NCBI GenBank assembly: GCA_051294375.1
Contig: CM119267.1
Span: forward strand, 24,374,223 to 24,438,222
DNA from: Paraspadella gotoi
Lineage: Eukaryota; Animalia; Chaetognatha
DNA length: 64,000 bases
Direction of reading: 5' to 3'
Positions 1 through 22,930 of the stretch are shown in pieces; positions within the stretch are counted from its first letter, which is position 1, and each line of letters opens with the position of its first letter. Both the position numbers and the translations under genes were made by a program. The notes below the pieces were generated by a model that was given only the letters and a program-made list of their open reading frames with translations, did not search any database and was not told the DNA's origin.

Positions 1-830
1 CAGCTGCTGGAAGGCCGCTGTACAGTCACTGCAGAGCCTGAACTCGTCTTTTCTAAAAAAGAAAAAAATATATATATAATTTAAAGAAATAAAAGAAAGG
101 CAAAAAATGTTACAATGCGTTTACAATTGGAAATTTTTCCAATTTTTTCCAAATCACAGCTTGTAAAAGATTTTATTTTTATTTGTATTAAAATTAAGAT
201 ATAGCTTCTCATTAAAAACAAGTTTGAGCAAACAATGTCGATCTGCCTACGATAATTAATTAATTAATTGATTATTTAATTAATTAATAGACTAATTAAT
301 TAATTAATAGATTAATTAATTAATTAATTAATAGATTAATTTTAATTTATATTCAGCTTGTCATCATCGATGTCCTTAAAATTGAGTCAGGACAGTTATT
401 AAATGTTTTGTTTACATTTTATCAAAACAACAAATATCCTCTATTATCGAGCCAGGCGGGCAAAGCCCGTCCTGTCTAGATTTTTTTCGGTTTCGTTTCG
501 GTCTCGCTTTTTGCAATCATGGCTTCTGAAAGTGTGATATCATAGGAGTTGAATTTTCATATATGGCTTTAATCATCAAGATCTTTAAAATTCTCATGTT
601 TCATATCAATATTGGTATTTGTTTATGTTTTATTTACAAAAACAAAAACGTTTAATTATATGTCGCTCTCTCTCTCTTTTTCTCCGTCACTGCTTCTTCT
701 AAAAACGAGTTCCGGCTCTGCAGCGTCTGTCCAGCTTCTTCTCTCTCTCTCTCTCTCTCTCTCCTCTCTCTTCTCTCTTTTTTTTACAAAAAATTTTTTA
801 GATATAATGTGGGTTCACTAATGTAAAAAC
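1..830. mobile_element. Nested fragments of a non-autonomous repeat family, also present inverted at ~10200-10890
   Basis: 350-430 (catcatcgatgtccttaaaattgagtcaggacag...) and 650-730 match the reverse complement of 10540-10760. 25-55 is an inverted copy of ~700-725. GC hairpin at 445-480. Confidence 0.6.
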
Positions 831-1829
831 GATGCCGCGAACAGGGCGCGAACCCGGGTCCTTGGGTAGAGAATAGCTCCACGCTACGTGCGGCGCCATA
901 AGTACTGCTGATTCTTTAACGAGTAAAGGGGCTGTAGAGCTTCTCTCTCTCTCTCTCTTTTAATTATTATATATCGCTCTTTCTCTTTCTCTTTTTCTCT
1001 GCAGCGGCTGTCTCTCTCTCTCTCTCTTTTTCTCTCTCTCTCTCTGTCTCTCTGTCTCTCTGTGTGTGTCTGTCCCTATCTGTCCGATCTTTTGCGTGAT
1101 CGTTTGTTTTTTGAAAAATTCTGATTATTTTTTTCCTTCTAAAAACTTTTTATTATTGCCATTTATTCCGCGCTTTTTTCAATACAATATCCCATATTTT
1201 CATCCGAGATTTTCGTGGATTTATTCTCTTTCTTTCTATCTCTCTCTCTCTCTTTCTCTCTCTCTCTTTCTCTCTTCTCTCTCTCTCCTCTCTCTCTTTC
1301 ACTCATACACGCATTTGTTTGTTTTATTGACTATCATCGCATCAATGAATGACAATCATCGAATCAATGAATGACAATCCATCGCATCACTGAATGACTA
1401 TCATCACAGCAGTGAATGACTATCATCCATCATAATTGATTATCATCGAATCAATAATCAATTCCTATTACATCAATAAATTACTATTACATCAATCAAT
1501 TAGTATTACCTCAATCAATTACTAGTACATCAACAATTCGTTATCGCATGATTCATTCGTTTTTTTCCTGGGTTTTTTCATTAATTTTCTATGATAGTGG
1601 GCTCTGGCTCGATCTTGAGTCTTTTAAGATTTTTTTATTTTATGTCTCCTTCTCTCTCTCTCTCTCTCACTCTTCTCTCTTTTCTCTCTCCACATCTCTT
1701 CTTCTCCTCTCTCTTTCTCTCTCTCTTCTCTCTCTTTTTATTTGCAATTAGCGACGATCCTTATGCTTTTAAGATTTTTTAACTTGCATCATTTTTTCAA
1801 CTTGCATCATTTTTTCAAACTTGCATAAA

Positions 1830-2970
1830 TTTTTTCAACTTGCATTCCGTCAAAACTTTATATCTAGCTTCTTCACTCACTTTCCTACCGGCTCACAAAA
1901 TTTCATCTCAATCTATCATGGGTTAAAATAAATAAAAAGATTCAAGTAAATGTGACTCATATTTTTTTTCATTTAAACTCATTTCCACTGGTACGTTTCC
2001 ACTGAAACTTTATATCAAGCTTCGTCATTACGTTTTCCTCCCACACACAAAATTTCAACTCAATCTATCCATCCAATTATGATTAATTTGGAGTATTTAT
2101 TGGTTAAAATAAGTAAAAGATTTTAGTAAATTCGACTTATGTTTTTTTCATTTAAACTAATTTCCACTCACACGATTCCATCGAAATTTTATATCCAGCT
2201 TTATCACACACTTTCCTACCCACCACACCAAAATTTAATTCCAATCCAACCAGCCAATCACGAGGTTATTGGAGCTTTTTGCTAAGATGGGACGGTATGG
2301 ACGGATTGATTGACTAATTTTATGATTAATTTTATTTACTAATTGATTAATTAACTGATTAATTATTTGATTTATTAATACATCCTGCAGATACATTTAA
2401 TATAAAAGGAAAAGAAGCATAATCAATTAGTAAAACAGGTTTTTTGTTTTTTTCCATTTAAACTCATTCCACTCAAACTATTCCATCGAAACTTGATTTC
2501 CTGTCAATCACACACTTTCCTACCCACATACAAAAATTCCAGGTCAATCAGCCCATCCACTCATGAGCAATTGGTGTTCAAATAGTGGAATATATTTTTT
2601 TTTGTTTTTTCCATTTAAACTCATTTCCACTCGGACGATCCATCGAAACTTAATATCCAGCTCAATCACACACTTACCTATCCACACACAAAATTTCATT
2701 TAAATCCATCCATCCAATCACGAGTAATTGGTGTTTTTTGCTAAGGTGGGACGGACGGACGGACGGACGTGGACGGGACGGACGGACGACGGACACGACG
2801 ACGGACGGACGATCATTTTTTTGCATAATTTATCATAATTCGATGTTCTGACATGATATAAGTTGTGTTGCCCGACAATATTGAGGGGGCGGACCGACGG
2901 ACCGAAAAAGTGAGTTATAAAAAGTGAGTTATAGAGTCGGGATCTGCTGATAAGCAGATCCGACTAAAAT
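1830..2970 (+). mobile_element. Helentron/HINE-like non-autonomous element (internal tandem repeats, (GGAC)n microsatellite, terminal hairpin)
   Basis: About 5 diverged tandem copies of a core (catttaaactcatttccac...cacactttcctacccacacacaaaattt). (GGAC)n at ~2748-2810. Terminus gttatagagtcgggatctgctgataagcagatccgactaaaa with a palindrome at 2929-2968. A similar terminus occurs at 12600-12645. Confidence 0.55.
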
Positions 2971-3289
2971 CCTTTGAGTTCCCATTTTTTAGAAATTTAA
3001 AAAATTTTTTTGAATTTTCATCTTCAATATTATATACTGCAATATGTAAATTAGGTTAAAGCATTTCTATATACTAATTTGGATATATATAATGAGTACT
3101 ATAATCTCATTTGCATATTGCAGTAAATCATAATGAAGTGGAAATTCAAACAAAAAATACTTAATTCCAAATGCTAATAAGAAAATATCAAAGCTATTTC
3201 AAAATGAGAAGCCATATCTAAATTTTTTAACTTACTATGACTGCACACTTTTGTAAAACTTTATCATAATTCATAAATAATTTTTATTT

Positions 3290-3545
3290 AAAAAAAACGC
3301 TAAGTCACAGCCAACCTATAAAAGCGTTAGTAGTTTTATATAACAAAACAGCGTGACGGACGACGACGACGACGACGACTACGTCAAAAAGAAGCAACCC
3401 TAAAACATTATAAGCCTGACCCGGCTTCGCCGGTCAAGGCTCGATAAAAAAGGCGATCAATAATTTGGAACGACGACGACGCCACTTATGCTGCAAAACC
3501 ACAGAAAAATCGTCGCAAACGCAAAGCGATTGCGACGATAGAAAT
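3290..3545 (+). mobile_element. Stacked hairpin termini of Helitron/Helentron-like elements
   Basis: Hairpins gcctgacccggcttcgccggtcaaggc (~3414-3440) and tcgtcgcaaacgcaaagcgattgcgacga (~3510-3538). 3448-3545 is repeated in direct orientation at 10788-10890. Confidence 0.5.
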
Positions 3546-3790
3546 ACAAAATAAGACGCATCATCATCTTTGCTTCTTCCTCGTTCATAATTGGATCAGA
3601 CAGCCTTTTTCCGTAACGAATTTTATTACCTAATCTAACTTAATTTAAAAATAGACTGACAGAAAAGCGTCTTATCACTACTTTTGTAGCCGTGTAGGGC
3701 TGTCGCCGTAACTAAAAATAATTTCAGTCTTAGAATATGACGAATAAAACGGGTTACTATTATGTGAGTAAGTACGACAATCAAAGTCAC

Positions 3791-9917
<6,127 letters not shown>

Positions 9918-10199
9918 ACGAACTCGTTGGAGACGACATCATTCGCAAAAAAGATCGGGTGTTTTTAGGAAAGTTTTACATTTAGTCAGGTACTGGGTGA
10001 AGATTGAAATAATATAGGGACCCACAAAAAAAAAGTAATAAATAAAAATCTTAAAAGCATGAGGATCGGCGCAATCGCATAAGAAAAATCTGAATTGACA
10101 ACAAATTTTGATACTAAAAAAAATAAAATTTGAGAAAAAAAAAATTTATAAACAGAACAAAAAATATATTTTATATATAAATTAAAGTTACAGTTTCTG

Positions 10200-10366
10200 A
10201 AGAAAAAAAATTTCATTGTCAAGAAATAAACTAATCAGCAGACGCAGCCCCTGAAAAAAAAAAAAAATAAAAACCTGATGTTACGATAGCAAACTGATAA
10301 CATGCACTAATGTGATGCCTAATTTTACGAGTTCAATCCTATTTCATTTTTTTTTAATAAAAACGC

Positions 10367-10403
<37 letters not shown>

Positions 10404-10890
10404 AAAGAAAGAAATCAAAAGGCAGCAGCAGAAGCAGGAGAAAAGAGAGATAAAGAATAAGCCCTTGCAGAGCCAGCTGCAGACTCAAAAGGCAGCAGCA
10501 GAAGCAGCAGGAGAAAAGAGAGAAAAAGAATAAGCCCCTGAAGAGCCAGCTGCAGACTCGTTTTTTTCAATATGAATCAGTGACTCGGGAAAAGAGAGAG
10601 GGAGAGAGACATGTAATTAAAAGAGAAAAGAGAGAGAGAAAGAAATATAAAAATAAAAGAGAAAAAATTTGTTTTGATAAAATGTAAACAAAACATATTT
10701 AATAACTGTCCAGACTCAATTTTAAGCACATCGATGATGAAAAGCTGTATATAAATTTTCAGCTTCATACACCCAAATTTAATCATAAAAAAGGCGATCT
10801 ATAATTTGGAACACCGACGACGACGACGCCACTTATGCGCAAAAGCGTTACAATATTGTCGCAAACGCTAAGCGATTGCGACGATAAAAA
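10200..10890. mobile_element. Non-autonomous repeat between the two RLR genes
   Basis: Homologous to 350-730 (inverted) and 3448-3545 (direct, hairpin terminus). Internal duplication aaggcagcagcagaagcag...aataagccc. Confidence 0.6.
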
Positions 10891-11107
10891 CAAATTCGTA
10901 CGGATGCGGTACAATAGAAGGACAATATTACTAAAAATAAAAGCTTAATGAAACATTTAGACCGAGCTAACTCGACGATACATAAAAATATGTACATAAA
11001 TAAAAATAACGAAAAACCTATCGGTAAAAAGTAAAACCTTGAATTGTAAGTTTGTAAAAAGTCTGTGTTTTGGCTAAAAGAAACCGCGACTCTTTCAAAG
11101 ACGACTG

Positions 11108-17266
<6,159 letters not shown>

Positions 17267-17418
17267 GCCGGCCAATGTTTTTTTAACTTGTCTATATAAG
17301 CAGAGAGCATAATAATTCCGTAAAAATTAATTGACAAACATTTGTAATTTAGACAAAGATAAAAATTCCGAGGGGACTGAGGGAAACCAAACCTAGCGCT
17401 AAGTTAATAGGCTTTTCA

Positions 17419-17638
17419 TACAATTGAAACATTCTTTGAAATATTATACCACTTCATTGATAGGATTAGGGAAGCCAGGTACTTCGGGAGTGAAAAAACA
17501 AGAGTGTGAGAGAGTCATTATCTCATAAGAGTAATGGAGGCCTTAAACCACCAAAGCCTGTCCAAAGTCAGGGGCAAGATAGCTTATTTATAAAATGAAT
17601 AGATAATTTTTATATTGGTTGTACAAATTTCATAAATT
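17419..17638 (+). repeat. Dispersed ~240 bp repeat family
   Basis: caattgaaacattctttgaaat...gggaagccaggtac...aaagtcaggggcaagatagcttattt...ggttgtac. Full copies at 41096-41337 (+) and 55507-55752 (-); fragments near 5010, 7230, 21410, 28400 and 58915. Confidence 0.8.
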
Positions 17639-18056
17639 CGTTAAAAAAACAAAGATTTCATGATCCGAAAACTGGATGAAGTAAAGTATAGTGTCAAAAC
17701 TAATAAACTAAAAAAAATAGTACAGTAACTGGATTCAAAAATTATAAATGTATTTATTATCAGATTACTATGGCAAAAAATTATTGAATTTTCCAATTTT
17801 TTAGAAGCGTTTATGTAGAGCAGATTTGATTGTTTTGAGCACTGTCGTGGGAGTTGTATTTGAAGCTTAGCTTCAGTTATTGTTTATTTAAACCCGCCCT
17901 ATTGGCGAAAATGAAAAAAAAAATAAAGTAATATGGTTTTTTTAAATAGTGAATATATATCTGGCATTTGTGTATTTGGCATCTATGTATCTGGTTTCGG
18001 CGTACCTCGTTCCTGTGTATATAAGCATTAAAGGAAATTGTCAAGCAAATTACAGC

Positions 18057-19364
18057 TCAACTATTTTCCGAAGTCGCAGCGGAGGTCAACTTTCCCGAAC
18101 GCTTTCGAAATCGGCGGCGCTGCCGCCTTGCAGGCGCCGTAGGTTTCTCCGATTCCGTGACGGACTTGGTTTCTTTTACCTCCGCAGTTGACAGCGCCGG
18201 AGCGACCGCGCCCTTTACGGGTCCACTCTCTGACGCAACATCTGGTTTCCGCGGATGACGTTGGTGGCGCGTGCACTTTTTGCCAATGATTTGGCACTTT
18301 TCGCAAAGCAGGTGAAGATGAGGCGGGCCGCCCGAGTGAAGCATTCGTTTCGCGGCAGCGATGCTAATGGTGTTGTCGCAACCTAAGCCTGCCTCGGCGT
18401 AATCGGCGCAAACAAATTCGAATTTCCTCGCCTGACGAAGAATCGCGAGAAAGGATTAATTCAAGATGAAAACGGCCATTTATATATTTTCATACAAATT
18501 ACTAAACATAGTAATTATTTCCTACTACCGCGAAAGAACCCCAAACTTCCTGGTTTTAAGTACTTCAGAAAAAGATCAAGCTTAGTTATTCCAGTCATTC
18601 TGCCATATTTAAAAAGCATCTCTTAATTATTACTGCTTCTGGATGAAATGAAAATCATTCTGGTTTCGTCCCTCCACGCAATGCGGTAATCACCGTTTTT
18701 GAGTTGTGCGACCATTCGTGCAAGAATTTGCAATGGGGACACTCTAAAGTGTACCACGGGTTCAACTGTCCGTTTCCGCAGGGGCAAGGTTTGGACGTAG
18801 GGAAACGAGAAAACTCTTTGCGCTCGCATACCTCGCAGTACAATTCGGTCTCCCTCAATGGTTCCTAAAATAAAATGGATCACAACAATAATTTTGAGCT
18901 AAAAGAAAATGTCATAAATTAAGTAGGATTCCAAATTCTCTTTTTACTCTATTCTATTCTTGGAAATCTTGATGAAACGAAATGAAACCGTGGAATGTCA
19001 AATTGGCAATAATTACCTGGCTAAATGGATAAGTGTAATCAACCTTGATAGCCTCTTCTTTGGAAATTCCGCCCTCTACTAAATCCGATTGATCAGAGTT
19101 TTGAGCCGACGTTCCAACTGAGGCTCCAGCTGAGGCTCCAGCTGAGGCTCCAGCTGAGGCTCCAGATGGTTCCTTCGATGCTTTGACGCCCGACTTGGCG
19201 CCTGGCGACTTTTTTGATTTGCCCTTTTTTAATTCGATGCATTTTTTACAACGCTGGCCACAGTTGGCCCAAGAGAAGGCGCTGTCCCATCTATGACCAA
19301 AGTTGCAGGTGAAGTAACCATGGCATCTGAAGGGTCCTTGATAGGGTGTCAGTTGCTCAGACAT
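18057..19364 (-). CDS. 3CxxC-type zinc-finger protein (ZCCHC24-like C-terminal domain; ZAR1/RTP superfamily) with an inserted Cys-rich region
   Basis: Three exons (19364-19017, 18864-~18693, ~18431-18057) give LTPYQGPFRCHGYFTCNFGHRWDSAFSWANCGQRCKKC...YPFSQEPL...HLHLLCEKCQIIGKKC. This matches the ZCCHC24 pattern LTPYQG..RCFGEYKC..C.R.WMS.NSWAN.GQ.C.KC...YPHKQRPL...HPQHLCEKC..LG..C. Confidence 0.82.
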
Positions 19365-20249
19365 TTTAAAGCGGACATCTGATTGCCAAAATTTTAAACA
19401 ACTTATTAATTCGTGAAGATGAAGGCTAACATATTTAAGCCAAAACGTTTTTTTCTCTGAAAAGAAAACAAATTCGTTGTTGTCGTCAAAACAAAAATTT
19501 TCATTTAATTCTAATTCCAAACGCGACGAAAATAAAAAGCACGAAAGAACAATGACGGTCTACTAAACATTAGATTAAACGCCAGTTAATGGACCGAAAG
19601 AGAAAATTTTAACTTGAAATTCAAGTTTCCCGAATCGACTCGAGTCAGTGAGTCAAACGCTATTTTAATTTATGCACAAGACTACGACTGAGAAATGATC
19701 GTTAACGAATTACAATTTAATTGAAAAGCGAATTCTTTTCCGAATGATTATTAAAATTATTATTATTATTTTTTTTATTATCATTTATTATTATCTGTAG
19801 ACTTACGTGTTTTTTTTTTCCATAGAGAAGGTCCGAGACTGAGGCATGTGTCCAGGAAGATGGCCGAAGCAGGAGTAAATAACGTCAACGATAAACATCC
19901 ATTTCAATAAACTTATAAAGGCACTAACTCAAAAAAATAAAGCGAATCCTAGTTTAAAATTTAGTTAAAATGATGAAATCAATTTAATACTGAAAAAAAA
20001 GGTGCAAACGAAATAATGATAAAAGCGAAAAATCATCGGCAAAATCGATTAAAAAATTATTACCAACAAAAAATAAGCAAAAATCGAAACATCGATTATA
20101 ATAAACGCGGTTTCTTATTAAAACAATGCAGCGTGTAGCTAAATCTGAATTAGTACAACTCCCTCATTAAAAAAAATAAAACAAAACGAATCAATAGCGG
20201 AAGTACAATGCGTGCGAGGTACAAAAAAATAAAAGCGCAAAGAAAAACG

Positions 20250-21706
20250 TTACTGCGTCATTAAGAACCTTAGTCTCCTGTTTCTCACCTCCTCCACGTC
20301 GACGTTCTCAGCCCTCTCTCTCCTTCTCATCTCTCTCTCCTCGTTCTCTTCCGCTTTTTTCCTCGCTTCCTCCTTCTTCCTCGTCAACTCCATCTCCTCG
20401 TCCTTTCTCTGTCTCTCCATCAGTTCCCTTCGCCTCAGCGCCGCCTGGTGAGGTCCGCATCTAAGAGTCTCGCGCTGCTGACGGAGACGAGCCTCTGGAG
20501 ATCGGGTCGGGTCGAGCAGACGAACGGGGAGGGCGGAGAGTTTGAGGGGAACGATGACAGGCAAGTTAATAAGGTTAGCTAACAGATCTGTGGTTCTAGT
20601 ATAGACTATAGTAATCGGATTAAAATGGTACGATTAGATTAGATTAGATGAAAGGGGTTAAGGAGTCTAGATGACCACTGAACCACGCGACGCAATAACA
20701 TTATAGAATTATGAGTTAATAATAATAAATAATTAACACGATCAAACCGTTTCCTGCGATGGTATTAAAACCCAGCATTATTTAAAGAATTGAAATTAAA
20801 TTGGCTACTATGGCAACGGGAGGATAGCCTGTGATACCCGGGGCGCGGGGTATCTCACCAACTGGCGTAGGGGCTGCGGACCCTCAGTGACCGCCTCCTG
20901 TCACTGGCATGTTTATACCGGCACCGTCACATTTAAGCCAGAACCGGGATACCCAGGGATTGAACCCGGGACGCACGGATGGAATGAGATGATTTAGCCT
21001 GCTCAGCCATTGAGACGAGGCTGAGGACGGACAGCAGTGAGGCAGCTTTAAGTCTTGCTGCCACACTACTCTATTACTCATAAAAAAATATCGCCCATGA
21101 TTCATGAAACGATTAGACCTAAGACCAAAGACATAGCTATATAATCTATATAAATAATAAACTTAAAATTGAATTTACCGTAAATGTCCGACGTCCCGCC
21201 GCCGAGTCTTTGCGGAGGTTCGTAGACGTGCTTCAATCGCGAAGCTTCTTTCTTTCGTTCGTAAGCCTCCTCCTCACGTTTTGCCTGAAAAGAAAAAAAA
21301 ATTGAATATGATTATCTGTTTTTTTTTTGTTTAGTCTAACTAGTTTCATTTTCTTGACAAAAAGCAAGATAATATTTCCCGATCTAATACTTAAGGGAAT
21401 GGTCCTTACATATAATTGAAACATTCTTTAAAATATTATAACAAAACGGGGAGTTAATACGTAAAATAGACTGTGAGAGAGACTTGATTGAAAGCTGACA
21501 GGGTCGTGCTATCGTTATTATTATTATTATTTGTTCTAATTTCATAAAAATGGGAATAAATAATAAAATAATCAATGCATTTAATCGACCTGCAACAGAA
21601 TCCTCTCCCGTTTTTTGGCGTCGGGTTGGATCACCCTGTACACGGAAGGCGCCGATGAGGGGGCGGCATTGGGTGGTGCTCCGCAATGGTCGGGGCCGCT
21701 ATCCAT
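20250..21706 (-). CDS. EPSTI1: Epithelial-stromal interaction protein 1-like coiled-coil protein
   Basis: Three exons (21706-21590, ~21284-21179, ~20494-20250) give SVYRVIQPDAKKRERILLQAKREEEAYERKKEASRLKHVYEPPQRLGGGTSDIYEARLRQQRE...RKKEEARKKAEENE. This aligns by eye to the EPSTI1 core YTLIAPN..RR.EIQRIA.QEL..LEKWKE......VHL.P.RLGG......VRQKQQ. Confidence 0.75.
20808..21030 (-). mobile_element. tRNA-derived SINE in an EPSTI1 intron
   Basis: Minus strand has tggctgagcagg (A box), gggttcaatccc (B box) and the body shared with 7405-7625. Confidence 0.65.
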
Positions 21707-22930
21707 TGTGGTTCAGAAAGGGGGCGTGGTGGTTTGGAAGGCACGAAAATATAGGCGTTGCAGTGAAATTTTGCGAAATATTTTGCGAATAAATAGCGGC
21801 GGAGCTATCGAAAGAACTGTCACAAGTAACGTAAACCAGAGAATAAATTGGCCTAAGGCTAAGTACAAATTGACGTCTTATAAATAAACATACGCATAAA
21901 GCCTTTAAAAAATTGCCAGTAAACCATTTGGCCTTGAGCGGAAAACGTTCCAAATTTGCACTCAAAACTAGTTTATTGAAACTTTATATAAATGAGACAA
22001 AACTTTAAGTTTAAGGAATTAAAGTATGCCAGTTGATTAGCCAGCGCGTAATTGAAAAAAACGTGCGTAACTCTGAACACGAACAAGTCCTTTATGATAC
22101 TGACCTGCTAGTAGTTATCAACGAATTCGTCTAATTATCTGTCGGCTACGAATTCCAAGCTGAATCGAGTTCGGAACGGCGATTGTGCAACTTGAAGAAA
22201 TCCAGAATTGAAGTTGACTTCGATCTCAGATCTTAGTTCATTTCTGAATTTTATTAATTCTGAGAAATGAGATCGCGTCTTTTGTTTTCCTGAGCCGGAT
22301 TGTGCTGCTGCCTCTCATCACACAACATGTGTTTGATTAAAACAAAAGGTTACTTTAATAACGAGTAAAACTAAAACTTTTTCACAAGGAAAAGTGAAAT
22401 AAGAATGGATTACGGAATTATTTTAGTGATTTTATTTTTTTTCAAATCCGTCTTACGGTATTATTAAAAAGACCTCTTTTCTCTCACTGCTAACAATCGA
22501 GTCTGCAAGATTTACACTAGAAATTTTACTGGCTCTAGTGAACTCGAGGGTAAATGACAAATCTTAAGATTACGATTTCGAGACCCGGATAGGATAGATC
22601 GTGCCTAAGGGAAATATCGACTTTGTAGTTTTTTATGTAAGTTGCAAAATTATTTTATTTTATTTTTATTTTTTAAAGTTTGATACAATTTTTTTTTCAT
22701 TTTTGAAAAACGTCACCAACAGAATAATTTCAGTAAACATTTTTTGTCTTAATGAGTATTTATTGTGAATTTACAACCCAAAAAAATTTATTTATCGAAG
22801 TGTAAATAAACAAATTAAAAATTAATATTATGATTCATTCAAAAAATTTTTTCCGTCTTCTTGAAACGGTTAAAAGCTAATAGTTAAACTTCGTTATATC
22901 CGCGTTGGTACGCTTCGAGCGAACTTCGTC

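Noticed and set aside
833-905. tRNA gene candidates here and at ~47200-47228 and ~29130-29160
   Set aside because: Only B-box/T-arm remnants; no complete cloverleaf; likely SINE debris.
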